A stretch of DNA of 64,000 nucleotides from an uncultured Nitrososphaerota archaeon (GCA_963838925.1 CAWISW010000002.1:480001-544000); one strand, 5' to 3'; counted from the first letter of the stretch, positions 46,008 through 55,429 are shown. Notes: a model not told the origin generated them from the letters alone. Numbers and translations: made by a program.

Positions 46008-47492
46008 CTACGCGGCCTCCGCCAGTGGCGGGCTCCTGAAGCCCACCTCGCTCCCAAAGATGCCAGCCACCCTAAGAAGGACGTCCTCCCTGAACTTGGG
46101 GCTGATCAGCTGCATTCCCACTGGGAGGCGGTCTGCCAGACCGCATGGGATGCTGATGGCCGGCAAGCCGGTGAGATTGGCAGCGACGGTGTTGATGTCT
46201 ATGAGGTAGTCCTCCAACGGCGTGACCTTCTCGCCGACCTTGGGGGGAAGCACCGGCATCGTCGGCCCGAGGAGCACGTCGAACTTCTTGAACGCGCGGG
46301 CGAATTCGTGTGCGAGGAGCGCCCTGACCCTCTGCGCCCGCACGTAGTACGCCTCGTAGTAGCCGGCCGATAGCACGAACGTCCCCAGGAGGATCCTGCG
46401 CTTCACCTCCTCGCCGAAGCCCTCGCTCCGCGTCTTGGCGAAAGCTGCGTTCCAATCAGCGGTTCCCGTCTCAGACGAGAACCCGTACCGGACCCCGTCG
46501 TATCTCGAGAGGTTCGAGCTCGCCTCTGCCATCGCGATGATATAGTAAACGGCAAGCGAGTAGGGGAGCGAATCCACGGAGATCTCTCCGACATCCGCCC
46601 CTAGCGTCTCAAGCTGCGAGCACCCGTCCATCACCTTGGCCTTGACCTTCGGATCGATGCCCTCGGCGAAGAACTCCTTGATCCTGCCCACCTTGAGGCC
46701 CCTCAGGTCGTCGAACCTGGCTGGCTCAAACGGCTCCCGTGCGGACGTCGCGTCCTCCGGGTCGTGCCCGGCTATCGCTCCGAAGAGGAGAGAAGCGCTC
46801 TCAGCGTCGCGTCCCATGGTGCCTATTTGCTCCAAGCTGTTGGCGTAGGGGATCAATCCGTACCTGCTGACCCTACCGTAGGTCGGCTTGAGCCCCACCA
46901 CCGAGCAGAAGCTTGCCGGGCACCTCACCGAGCCCCCGGTGTCGGAGCCGAGGGCGACGGAGGCCATCCCGGCGGCCACCGCAGCCGCGCTCCCGCCAGA
47001 CGACCCTCCGGGGACCCGCGCGACGTCCCAAGGGTTGAACGTGGGCCCGTAAGCAGAGCTCTGGGTCGTGTTCCCCATCGCGAACTCATCCATGTTCGCC
47101 TTCCCCAGGATGATCCCGTCCTCGAGCTCGATCCTTTGGATTACGGTGGCATCGTATGGCGGGTTGAACCCCTTGAGGATCTTCGAGCCGCAAGTGGCTT
47201 GGAGCGACCTCACGCATATGTTGTCCTTGACGGCGACCCCCAGGCCAGCCAGCCTTCCCAGCTTCTCGCCCTTCTTCGCCCGGCGGTCCAGTTCCTTGGC
47301 CTTGGCGAGGGCTCCCTCGCGGTTGAGCTGCAGGTACGCGTGGACCTTCGGCTCGAGCCTGTCTATCCTTTGGAATATTGACTCGATGTACTCCTCTGCA
47401 CGAAGCTCCCCATTGCCCACCATGGAGGGAACGAGGTGAGAGCTGACAGCGCGGCGCGACTTCGTCTCAGAACACCCTCGGCGCCCTGACAT
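46008..47492 (-). CDS. gatA: Asp/Glu-tRNA amidotransferase subunit A
   Basis: KDN, NMDEFAMG, GGSSGGS, SDTGGSVR and RYDG.RYG; start uncertain. Confidence 0.95.
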   Translation of the reverse strand: MSGRRGCSETKSRRAVSSHLVPSMVGNGELRAEEYIESIFQRIDRLEPKVHAYLQLNREGALAKAKELDRRAKKGEKLGRLAGLGVAVKDNICVRSLQATCGSKILKGFNPPYDATVIQRIELEDGIILGKANMDEFAMGNTTQSSAYGPTFNPWDVARVPGGSSGGSAAAVAAGMASVALGSDTGGSVRCPASFCSVVGLKPTYGRVSRYGLIPYANSLEQIGTMGRDAESASLLFGAIAGHDPEDATSAREPFEPARFDDLRGLKVGRIKEFFAEGIDPKVKAKVMDGCSQLETLGADVGEISVDSLPYSLAVYYIIAMAEASSNLSRYDGVRYGFSSETGTADWNAAFAKTRSEGFGEEVKRRILLGTFVLSAGYYEAYYVRAQRVRALLAHEFARAFKKFDVLLGPTMPVLPPKVGEKVTPLEDYLIDINTVAANLTGLPAISIPCGLADRLPVGMQLISPKFREDVLLRVAGIFGSEVGFRSPPLAEAA

Positions 47493-47775
47493 ACCTCCCC
47501 TTCCTCTGCGGGGTGCCCTCTAGGACTGCGTCGGCGGTCGAGGGCCGCACGACGTCTTCCCTCATCCCTCCACCCTCGGACGCCTCCGAGCCGGGCGCGA
47601 CCTTTGACAGGTCGACCCTGTCTAGGGCCGCGAAGTAATCGAGGATCGACGAGAGCTCACCCCGCAGGCGCTCCGCCTCCTTCGGTCCCAGGGAAAGTCG
47701 CGACAGGTCGGCAAGGCGTTCGACCTGGCTGAGGTCCACGGATGGGTTCCTGGGCGCCTTTGGCTTGCGAGACAA
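47467..47775 (-). CDS. gatC: Asp/Glu-tRNA amidotransferase subunit C
   Basis: LA.LSRL....E.....L..ILDY...L, MRED and Y.RAPRV; directly upstream of gatA. Confidence 0.88.
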   Translation of the reverse strand: MSRKPKAPRNPSVDLSQVERLADLSRLSLGPKEAERLRGELSSILDYFAALDRVDLSKVAPGSEASEGGGMREDVVRPSTADAVLEGTPQRKGRYVRAPRVF

Positions 47776-47814
47776 GTCCGAGCCTCTCTCAGCTTTAGGG
47801 AATAAAACATTGCT

Positions 47815-48417
47815 ATGGGCAACCAAGGTCCATCCGGCGAACGAGTGGCGTTAGGGCCGAACCTTGATAAGGCGAGGAGGCCTCGAACCGTCTGGCGGTT
47901 AGAGAGATTCACCTCGGAGCCAGTAGACTCTGTGAAGGAGCGAATCTTGGCGGTCTGGCCCGAAGCCAACATCCACTGGGGGTTCAACTGGGGGCGGTCG
48001 CAGAAGCTGACGGAAGGGCGGATCTTCTTCACGGACACCAGGATGGTGATGGTCGGCCTGGTGAGCATAGTCAGCCCCGGCTTCGTGGGCGTCACCCTGG
48101 CTGTCCAGGCCGCCGAGCTGGAGCGCAAGCGGCAGAACGAGGAGATGCGGACTGCGAGCCTCGACAGCCTGCTCAAATCTGACGCCAAGAACCTGCAGAT
48201 CGGCTACGACCAGGTCTCCGAGATAAGCTACGACGGGAAGCACCTCAGAATCAAGTTCGGCGGCTCGGCGGTGAGGGTGCAACCCGTCAAGGCTGGGGGG
48301 CTGCTCGCCTATGCCCATCCCGACGCCGTTGCAGACCCAAAGCTGCTGATGAGGCAGACGGTCGAGGCCATGAGCGCCGTGCCGGCTCTGGCGGGCAAGG
48401 TCGTATCGAGGCGATAG
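47815..48417 (+). CDS. Hypothetical protein, possible PH-like fold
   Basis: GRIFFTDTRMV...NLQIGYDQVSEI pattern; the true start may be further downstream. Confidence 0.5.
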   Translation: MGNQGPSGERVALGPNLDKARRPRTVWRLERFTSEPVDSVKERILAVWPEANIHWGFNWGRSQKLTEGRIFFTDTRMVMVGLVSIVSPGFVGVTLAVQAAELERKRQNEEMRTASLDSLLKSDAKNLQIGYDQVSEISYDGKHLRIKFGGSAVRVQPVKAGGLLAYAHPDAVADPKLLMRQTVEAMSAVPALAGKVVSRR

Positions 48418-48511
48418 AGCCGCTTCCATGTGTCCACTTGGCGCCATCAAGGCTCCAGGGGGCAAAGGCCTCGGCGGGTCTTCCTACAGGCGCAGCAATC
48501 GAAGGCCTCCC

Positions 48512-49306
48512 CTAGTCCCCGCGCGGGGGTTCCGTCTCCGGCCGGCTGCTGAGGACCGCCGTGAAGAACGCTCCCCCGTAGAGAATGGTTATTGTCCTGT
48601 AGAGCCAGCTTATCGGGTCGCCAGGGTGCCTGATGAACACGTACGTCACGATGCTCGTCACCACAAGGAGCATCCCGACCACGTACCAGTAGAGTATGTC
48701 GGACCGCGTCGCGAGGTAGTTCCTCCCCAGCACGGCGCACGCGAGCGCGAAGAGGGCCGCGGCGCAGATGAGCACGTCGACCGAGAGGGACGTCGGCTGA
48801 GACGACGCAAAGAACGGGGGTATCCAGCGCTCCGCCGCTCCTAGCGAAACCAACGCCGCGACCAGGGCCAGCGCCCCATACGCGGCGACCAACCATGACC
48901 TTCTCTGGCCAGGAGCGACGACCACGTCGCGCTGGGTGAGCAACGCGCCGGTCGCCTGGAAGACCGCCCCGAAGAAGATGCCGAAGAGGTTCAGGACGAT
49001 GTAATAGAACGCGATGTCTTGGTCGCTCGTCCCGACCCACGTCGATAGCGTGGCAAGGCAAAGCGCCAGGATCCCGCACCCCATGATCTGGATGCTGAGG
49101 TGGCCGTCCCTCAGGAAGGCCTTCGACGAGATGTATGCGACCACCAGCCCGGCGGGCAGCAGGAAGATCGTGTTGAGCCACGCGTAGGCGAAGGGAGGGT
49201 TGAAGTAGGAAGTTGGCGAGAGCGGAGCTTGGGGAACCGCCGCGTTGAGGAGAACGAGGAGGGCCAGGACGGCCTGGATGCCGATGAGCGGCACAAGCTT
49301 GTTCAT
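48512..49306 (-). CDS. Stand-alone 7-TM membrane sensor-like protein (MASE3-like)
   Basis: About seven TM helices; LNTIF...VAYISSKAFLR.G.....MGCG resembles sensor domains normally fused to His kinases; no cytoplasmic output domain. Confidence 0.55.
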   Translation of the reverse strand: MNKLVPLIGIQAVLALLVLLNAAVPQAPLSPTSYFNPPFAYAWLNTIFLLPAGLVVAYISSKAFLRDGHLSIQIMGCGILALCLATLSTWVGTSDQDIAFYYIVLNLFGIFFGAVFQATGALLTQRDVVVAPGQRRSWLVAAYGALALVAALVSLGAAERWIPPFFASSQPTSLSVDVLICAAALFALACAVLGRNYLATRSDILYWYVVGMLLVVTSIVTYVFIRHPGDPISWLYRTITILYGGAFFTAVLSSRPETEPPRGD

Positions 49307-49435
49307 CTTCTCGACTCTGCGTTCTCTTCCTCTCGCCTAGGCCTTGGAGCGGCGCTTAGGCGTGCGAGGGGTTGGTCGAGCCTCTCCCCGCCCGTCTGGT
49401 TCCTGCATCGGTCCTTGTCTTCGAGGCGTCCGACG

Positions 49436-50248
49436 TCATGCCTCATGCGACCTCTTCCCTTTCCCCCCGGTCAGGGCGTCCGAGAACTTGCCGGCTGCTA
49501 AGTCTACCCTGGCGGTCCTTCTCGCCGAGCCTGTCATTATCCCTTCGTACTCGGAGAACGACGCCCCGAGCTTGAGCCCGCTAGATGTTATCTGGTACTC
49601 CCTGAGCCCGTTGTCGTAATCGCTTCCCCTCATCTTCATGATGGCCAGCGCCCTCCTCATCGACGACTGGATCTCGACGGGCTTCATCATGACGATCGAG
49701 TCCACCAAGAAACTCGTGCCAGTCTCGGTTATCGCGCCGACGGCCCCCATGAGCTGGGGCGCCTCGACGAGGAGAAGGGAGCTCAACCTCTTCGTCTTGA
49801 GATACATTATCAGTCGGTATGTCTCCTTGCGAAGCTCCTTCTCGTCGTCGACGTACATTGACATGTGGCTGATCGAGTCGATGACTATCCTGCGCGGATG
49901 GACTTCAGCGATGAACGAGTCGAGCAGGTTCTCGCCTCCGTCCCCGGAGGCCAGCACGATGTCGGGCGAGGTGCAGACCATTCTGAGCTTGTCCTGCTCC
50001 TCCAGAGCCCTGACGTCCCAGCCGAAGGTCATCGCGTCCCTGTATAGCTGGTCGGGCAGCTGCTCGAAGGTTACGTAGATTCCGTTCTCGCCGTACTTGG
50101 TCGCGCCGTTCACAAGGTACTGGAGGCCGAGGGTGGTCTTTCCTGAGCCAGCGGTCCCAGCCACCATTACCGCATCCCGCTCAAGGAACCCGCCCGAGAG
50201 CATCTCGTCGAACTCCGGTATCCCGGTCTTGACCCTGGCGTTGGCCAT
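49436..50248 (-). CDS. Single-domain KaiC-like (RecA-superfamily) ATPase
   Basis: TGIPEFDEML.GG, GTAGSGKT, TFEQ, IVIDS, RALAIMKMRGS and a KaiC-like tail YEGIMTGS. Confidence 0.88.
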   Translation of the reverse strand: MANARVKTGIPEFDEMLSGGFLERDAVMVAGTAGSGKTTLGLQYLVNGATKYGENGIYVTFEQLPDQLYRDAMTFGWDVRALEEQDKLRMVCTSPDIVLASGDGGENLLDSFIAEVHPRRIVIDSISHMSMYVDDEKELRKETYRLIMYLKTKRLSSLLLVEAPQLMGAVGAITETGTSFLVDSIVMMKPVEIQSSMRRALAIMKMRGSDYDNGLREYQITSSGLKLGASFSEYEGIMTGSARRTARVDLAAGKFSDALTGGKGKRSHEA

Positions 50249-50254
50249 ATCTTC

Positions 50255-50551
50255 TCACGACTTTAGTCCGGAGAAGTGCCTCTCGAGGGAGGCCTGGATC
50301 TCGCGGTCCCGCGAACGGTTCAACTGGATCACCTCGGTCTTCGACCTCCCGACGTTTCTTCTCGTCAGGAGGCCCAGCTCGACGAAGTCCCTCACGTCCG
50401 GTGCGACCTCGGCGCCCGACCTCCCTATCCTGACCGCGACCCCCGTCATGGTGTCGACGAGGCCTGGATTGCGATGGAAGAGCGTGAGCAGGTCTGTCTT
50501 GACCTCGGACGAAAGCAACCGCTGGATGAGGACCTCGCTCTCGGAGCTCAT
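50255..50551 (-). CDS. Small winged-helix protein
   Basis: DLLTLFHRNP..VDTM.GVAVRIGRS..EV..DVRDFVELGLL; overlaps the upstream gene stop. Confidence 0.65.
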   Translation of the reverse strand: MSSESEVLIQRLLSSEVKTDLLTLFHRNPGLVDTMTGVAVRIGRSGAEVAPDVRDFVELGLLTRRNVGRSKTEVIQLNRSRDREIQASLERHFSGLKS

Positions 50552-50886
50552 CTTGCGAACACCTGGTGCTGCACCTGCCTCCCCCCGAACACCTGCCTCG
50601 CCTTTCTGACGCTCTCTTCGAACGAGCTTTGCTCATTGGAGCGGGCCGGCAAGAGTCCCATCTTGTCCCACAGCCGCTTCACTATCGCCACCTCGACGAT
50701 TGGGCTACCGGCGAGAAGGACCGCGCGCAGGTTCCTGCCAAACTCGTCCGGCTTTTCGGCAGACTGGGGAAACTTGAGGTGGAAGAGGAGTGCCCTTCCG
50801 GGGTTCTCTCCCACGATGCCCTGGATGGTCTCCTGTATCGATTCCTTGAACACCTCAAGGAAGCGTCGCTCATCGTCATTGGGCAT
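50548..50886 (-). CDS. Small helical protein, DUF3227/NitrOD5-like
   Basis: I.ETI..IVGE....ALLFHL....KPDEF...L.......IVE..IVKRL pattern; family assignment from memory only. Confidence 0.55.
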   Translation of the reverse strand: MPNDDERRFLEVFKESIQETIQGIVGENPGRALLFHLKFPQSAEKPDEFGRNLRAVLLAGSPIVEVAIVKRLWDKMGLLPARSNEQSSFEESVRKARQVFGGRQVQHQVFAR

Positions 50887-51202
50887 TGGGTGTCACCGGA
50901 AGTTGCAGGGTCGTCAAAGCGGCATCTGGGGACGTGCGAGGGGCGGTCGCCGCGGAAAGCGGATTCCGACGTCCCTCCTGTCTCGCCGCAGTTCCCACTG
51001 AAGGCAACACAGGCATCAACATCATCGGAGAAATTCGCAATTTCGGCAACCGATATTTAGATATTATGAATCTAAGGACCACCCCACGTCCAGTTAATGC
51101 AAGATGTGTGCTAGCCCTTGGACATGAGGCTGGCACGATGACCAGAGCGCCGTCAAACGGCGAGAACGTGGCCTGAGGGCTCGCACTCACGCGCAATCCG
51201 GC

Positions 51203-51673
51203 TTAGGGCGTTATGTCCCGCGAGCCCGGTGGTGCGTTCCGCAGTGCGTCCTTGCCAGACGCGCCCTGGTTGCGCTCTGCCTTCCCGACGATTCCAAGGA
51301 TCGAGAACACCGAGGTCACGACGTAGTCGATGTCTGCCGAGCGGGTGACTCTAAGCCCAAAGACCATCCTGAGCTCTGGGACTGTGAAGATCGCCACCTG
51401 CGAAGTCTCGAACTTGACCGTCACGGACTGGAGCCTACCAAACAGGGGTTCGTACTGGGAGACAGCCCCCTTGACGACGGTGAGGATCATCGAGGCCTTT
51501 TTGACGAAATCCTCGGAAAGCTCCCTCTTCTCCGGTATCTCTCCCTTCACGGCGAGCGCAAGCTTGTTTCCCTTCTCGTCCGTAGCGACTACGCCAAGGA
51601 TCGATGGGTCGGAGATCAGGATCTTGTTGACCATGTCGATGGGGGCTTGAGGTTCGTCCCCGCCCGCTCGCAT
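51203..51673 (-). CDS. Roadblock/LC7-like (profilin fold) protein
   Basis: IL..DPSILGVVATDEKG...FG.LQSVTVKFE; TATA-like ttaaata about 25 nt upstream of ATG 51673. Confidence 0.6.
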   Translation of the reverse strand: MRAGGDEPQAPIDMVNKILISDPSILGVVATDEKGNKLALAVKGEIPEKRELSEDFVKKASMILTVVKGAVSQYEPLFGRLQSVTVKFETSQVAIFTVPELRMVFGLRVTRSADIDYVVTSVFSILGIVGKAERNQGASGKDALRNAPPGSRDITP

Positions 51674-51737
51674 GTGCGCGTCAGCTGCGGGCAGCGTATT
51701 TAAGATGAAAGGGAGGTGCGATGAGCAGGGCCCGCGG

Positions 51738-53063
51738 CTACGGCACGAGGCGCAGCTTGTCTCTTGGAAAGAGGGCGACCTCCCTGATGTTCTCTTCGCC
51801 CACAAGGACCATCGTCAGCCTCTCCATCCCGAGGCCGAACCCGGCGTGGGGAGGCATCCCGTAGTCGAAGACCTTCAGGTGGTGCTCGAAGGCCTGCGGC
51901 TTTAGCTTCTGCTCCTTGAGCCTCTTCACCAGGAGGCTCTTGGAGCTCACCCTCGAGCCGCCGGAGGCCAGCTCGAGAGGGCCGTGCATTAGGTCGAAGG
52001 ACTCGCTGACCTTGGGCTCGGAGTCCTTGGGCTTGATGTAGAACGGCTTTGTCTGCGTCGGCCAGTCGTCGATGAAGTAGAACGAGGGGTGCTCATTACC
52101 GAGCCTCTCGGTGGTCGGGCCGGTGAGGTCCTCGCCCCAGGTCACGTCCTCCCCCTGTTTTGAAAGCCGTTCGACCACGTCGGTGTAGTGCAGGCGCTCG
52201 AACCTCTCCGGGACGGCGAGGGATTGCCTCCCGAGCTTCTCCAGCTCCTTGGAGCAGTCGTCCTTTACCGAGGCGACGACGTGCTTGACCAGGGCTTCGA
52301 GGGTGTCCATCACGTCGTTGTAGTCGACGAAGGCCTCCTCGATGTCTATCGACGTGATCTCGCTCAGGTGCCTCTGAGTCCTCGACTCCTCCGCCCGGAA
52401 GACCGGCCCTATCTCGTAGACCTTCTCGAAGGGGAGGACGAGCTCCTCCTTGTAGAGCTGGGGGCTCTGGGCGAGGAACGAGGGCCGGTTGTAGTAGAGG
52501 ACCGAGAAGAGCGACGCCCCGCCCTCCGTCGCGGTGGAGATGAGCTTGGGGGTCCTGACCTCGAGATAGCCCCTCCCCGCCAGGAACTCCCTCACGGACG
52601 AGAGCATCTCGCGCTGTATCTTGAAGGTCGCCTGCGCCTTGTCCCTCCTAAGGTCCACGGCGCGTATGTCCAGCCTCTTGTCCAGGGACGGGGTCTCCCC
52701 GCCATAGACGCTGAAGGACGGGACCTCGGTGGCGATGCTGAGGACCTTGACCTCCTCGGGGACGACCTCTGCGCCGTTTGGCGCCCTGGGCATGGCCTTG
52801 ACGAGGCCCCTGACCGCGATGCTGCTGTGGGGCTTGAGCGCATCCACCCTGGTCAGGGTTTCCTTGCTGGCCTTGCCCTTGTTCACGGTGACCTGGACGT
52901 TGCCGTCCCGGTCGGTCAGCATGATGAAGACGATCCCGCCCTGGGTCCTTATGCTGCTGACCCATCCGAAGACGGTGACCTTCTTGCCGTCGAGGGCGGG
53001 GGTGATCTGGATGGAATAGTGCGTCCTCCTCCAACCGCCCAGGCCCTCTTCGATCTTGGTCAT
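51738..53063 (-). CDS. aspS: Aspartate--tRNA(Asp/Asn) ligase, probably non-discriminating
   Basis: RTHY, RLD.R..DLR, LAQSPQLYK, FRAE, GMPPHAGFGLG.ERL and LFPRD; RAPNG loop and nearby gatCAB suggest ND type. Confidence 0.95.
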   Translation of the reverse strand: MTKIEEGLGGWRRTHYSIQITPALDGKKVTVFGWVSSIRTQGGIVFIMLTDRDGNVQVTVNKGKASKETLTRVDALKPHSSIAVRGLVKAMPRAPNGAEVVPEEVKVLSIATEVPSFSVYGGETPSLDKRLDIRAVDLRRDKAQATFKIQREMLSSVREFLAGRGYLEVRTPKLISTATEGGASLFSVLYYNRPSFLAQSPQLYKEELVLPFEKVYEIGPVFRAEESRTQRHLSEITSIDIEEAFVDYNDVMDTLEALVKHVVASVKDDCSKELEKLGRQSLAVPERFERLHYTDVVERLSKQGEDVTWGEDLTGPTTERLGNEHPSFYFIDDWPTQTKPFYIKPKDSEPKVSESFDLMHGPLELASGGSRVSSKSLLVKRLKEQKLKPQAFEHHLKVFDYGMPPHAGFGLGMERLTMVLVGEENIREVALFPRDKLRLVP

Positions 53064-53168
53064 GACGACATCGCTTGGTGCACGACCGCGAACTGCAAAT
53101 CTATAAAACTCTTCGAATCTCGAAGAAACCTTAAGAGCGCCTCGGCGGCTTTTTCGGCTTGAAACCCT

Positions 53169-54209
53169 TTGGATTTTCAGTCGCAACTCCCTGAGGAGAG
53201 GAGCGCGCTGCGAGAGGGAACGCTCTCGGACTCCTTCGGGAGGATCGCAAGCAAGCTGCGCGTCTCCGTGACCGACAGGTGCAACTTCCGGTGCGACTTC
53301 TGCATGCCCGACAAGCCCGTCTGGCTGGAGCAAGGCGAGGTGCTGACCTTCGAGGAGATCACCCGGGTCACCGCGATACTCGCGACCATGGGGGTCGAGA
53401 AGGTGCGGGTGAGCGGCGGCGAGCCGCTGGTGAGAAAGGACGTCGAGCGCCTCGTCGGGATGCTGGCGAAGGTGCGGGGCATCAGGAGCGTCGCCATGAC
53501 GACCAACGGCGCCCTCCTGAAGGAGAAGGCCTCCGACCTCAAGGCCAACGGGCTGAAGGGGGTCACCGTCAGCTTGCACAGCCTCAGGCCTGAGCTATAC
53601 GACCAGATCACCGGGACAAAGGACATGTTCTGGAGGGTGATGGAGGGGATAGAAGAGGCGGAGAGGGCGGGGCTGAGCCCTGTGAAGATCAACTGCGTGG
53701 TGACGCGCGGCTGCAACGAGGGCGAGATACTGGAGTTCGCCAAGATGGCGCACGACGGCGGCCGGTCGGTGAGGTTCATCGAGTACATGCCGTTCGACGG
53801 GACCAAGTTCTGGGACACCGCGATGGTGGTGCCCGGCAGCGAGATAGTCAAGGCGATCTCTGAGAGGTACCCGCTCGAGCCCCTTAGGAGCGAGCACGGC
53901 TCGACCTCGAGCAACTACCGGTTCAAGGATGGGTCGAAGGGCGGCATCGGCACGATCACGTCGATGTCCAAGCCCTTCTGCGGGGACTGCGACAGGATCC
54001 GCCTGAAGGCGAACGGGAACCTGGTGCCCTGCCTATTCAGCGTGGCGGAGTACGACCTCAAGCACCTTCTGCGAGGAGGGGCGACCGACGAAGAGGTCGA
54101 GGGCGCGATACGCAAGTCGTTCTCGCAAAAGTTCGAGGGGGTAGCGAGCCTCATGGAGAACAAGGTCGAGGTCAGGCACGTGAGGCCGATGTACACGATC
54201 GGTGGTTGA
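53169..54209 (+). CDS. moaA: GTP 3',8-cyclase (radical SAM)
   Basis: LRVSVTDRCNFRCDFC, GGEP, RFIEYMP, FCGDC.R.R...C and C-terminal IGG. Confidence 0.95.
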   Translation: MDFQSQLPEERSALREGTLSDSFGRIASKLRVSVTDRCNFRCDFCMPDKPVWLEQGEVLTFEEITRVTAILATMGVEKVRVSGGEPLVRKDVERLVGMLAKVRGIRSVAMTTNGALLKEKASDLKANGLKGVTVSLHSLRPELYDQITGTKDMFWRVMEGIEEAERAGLSPVKINCVVTRGCNEGEILEFAKMAHDGGRSVRFIEYMPFDGTKFWDTAMVVPGSEIVKAISERYPLEPLRSEHGSTSSNYRFKDGSKGGIGTITSMSKPFCGDCDRIRLKANGNLVPCLFSVAEYDLKHLLRGGATDEEVEGAIRKSFSQKFEGVASLMENKVEVRHVRPMYTIGG

Positions 54210-54220
54210 GGGGGAGCCCG

Positions 54221-54472
54221 GTGCCCGTCCGCGTCAAGGTGCTCTACTTCGGCCAGGCGAGGGACGTGGCCGGAACGTCGACGGAAGACGTCTCGCTGCC
54301 GGGAGGCTCCTCCGTGGGCGACCTGCTCAAGCGCGCCACGAAGGCGCACCAGCGGCTGAAGAGGCTCCTCGGAGTCTTGCGGATCGCGGTGAACGAGGAG
54401 CTTGTGGGCGAGGCGCACCTCCTGTCGGACGGAGACGTGGTCGCCTTCCTTCCGCCGGTCGCAGGTGGTTGA
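54221..54472 (+). CDS. moaD: MoaD/ThiS (SAMP-like) sulfur carrier
   Basis: VKVLYFG..R, AVN and C-terminal PPVAGG. Confidence 0.92.
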   Translation: MPVRVKVLYFGQARDVAGTSTEDVSLPGGSSVGDLLKRATKAHQRLKRLLGVLRIAVNEELVGEAHLLSDGDVVAFLPPVAGG

Positions 54473-54970
54473 TTGGCTCGCGGGGCGGGTCCGAGGCTGA
54501 CGAAGGACAGGATCGACGCCTCGGAGGTGCTGAAGGCGGTGGAGGACCCCGGCGCCGGCGCGGCCGTGCTCTTCCTCGGCGTGGTGAGGGACAACAGCGA
54601 GGCGGGCCGCGTCGACATGATCGAGTACGAGGCGTACGAGCCGATGGCCGAGAAGAGCCTCGCCAAGGCCGAGGAGGATGTGAGGCGCAGATGGCCGGCG
54701 ACCAAGGCCGTCAAGATCGTCCACAGGCTGGGCAGACTCTCCGTCGGCGACGTTAGCGTCGCGATCGCTGTGGCCTCGCCCCATCGCGCCGAAGCCTTCG
54801 AGGCCTGCCGGCAGGCCATTGACACGATAAAGCACGAAGCCCCGATCTGGAAGCGGGAGAAGCTCGTCGGCGGGACGGAGGTCTGGGTCGAGGGCGTCCC
54901 CATCGGGTCTAGACGGACGGGTTCGTCTCAAAGCGGGAGGCGCGGACGCACGCGAATCAACCTAAAATAA
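54473..54970 (+). CDS. moaE: Molybdopterin synthase catalytic subunit
   Basis: F.G.VR, YEAY..MA, HRLG, HRAEAF and PIWKRE. Confidence 0.93.
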   Translation: MARGAGPRLTKDRIDASEVLKAVEDPGAGAAVLFLGVVRDNSEAGRVDMIEYEAYEPMAEKSLAKAEEDVRRRWPATKAVKIVHRLGRLSVGDVSVAIAVASPHRAEAFEACRQAIDTIKHEAPIWKREKLVGGTEVWVEGVPIGSRRTGSSQSGRRGRTRINLK

Positions 54971-54998
54971 CGCGGCGCGGGTGCGCAAGGCGATACCG

Positions 54999-55274
54999 AT
55001 GTCAGTCTGTCCATATTGCGGGAAGGAGAACAACCAGCCTGATGCGGCCTACTGCCTCTACTGCGGGTCGAGCCTGCGGGGGCAGCAGGCGCGGCAGCCT
55101 TTGGCGATGAGCCCAGGCCCGACGTCCGGCCAGGGTTACTCGACCTCGGGCGGCATCCCGGGAGCGACCCCTGAGGCTTCGGAGCGGTACGAGAGGGCGC
55201 TCGCGAGGGTCGAGCAGCTGGCGAACATCGTAGTCATCCTCGCGGTCGCGACGCTCGTCCTGGTCCTCATCTGA
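54999..55274 (+). CDS. Zinc-ribbon protein with C-terminal TM
   Basis: CPYCG...A.YCLYCG, a low-complexity linker and a C-terminal hydrophobic helix. Confidence 0.72.
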   Translation: MSVCPYCGKENNQPDAAYCLYCGSSLRGQQARQPLAMSPGPTSGQGYSTSGGIPGATPEASERYERALARVEQLANIVVILAVATLVLVLI

Positions 55275-55298
55275 CCCGATGGAAGAGCGGTGGGAGAC

Positions 55299-55421
55299 AT
55301 GGACAACCAGAGCGAGCGCGCGATAAGGCGGCTTGAGCGCCTGAGGATGCTTCTCACTGGCGCAGCGGTGGTCCTCGTGATCGCGATAGTCCTCCTCCTG
55401 CTCCTGGACTTCGGGCCTTAG
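55299..55421 (+). CDS. 40-aa single-TM protein, not in the ORF track
   Basis: MDNQSERAIRRLERLRMLLTGAAVVLVIAIVLLLLLDFGP with SD-like GGTGGGAG; fills the gap before moeA. Confidence 0.6.
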   Translation: MDNQSERAIRRLERLRMLLTGAAVVLVIAIVLLLLLDFGP

Positions 55422-55429
55422 CGCGCTCT

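Noticed and set aside
49436-50248. KaiC as a circadian clock or a RadA/RadB recombinase
   Set aside because: Single domain, no kaiA/kaiB, incomplete ST phosphosite; motifs are KaiC-like rather than RadA-like.
53064-53579. Long N-terminal extensions of aspS (similarly cofD, moaC, gatB and the mocA-like gene)
   Set aside because: They overlap neighbouring genes or promoters and lack family similarity; longest-ORF artefacts.
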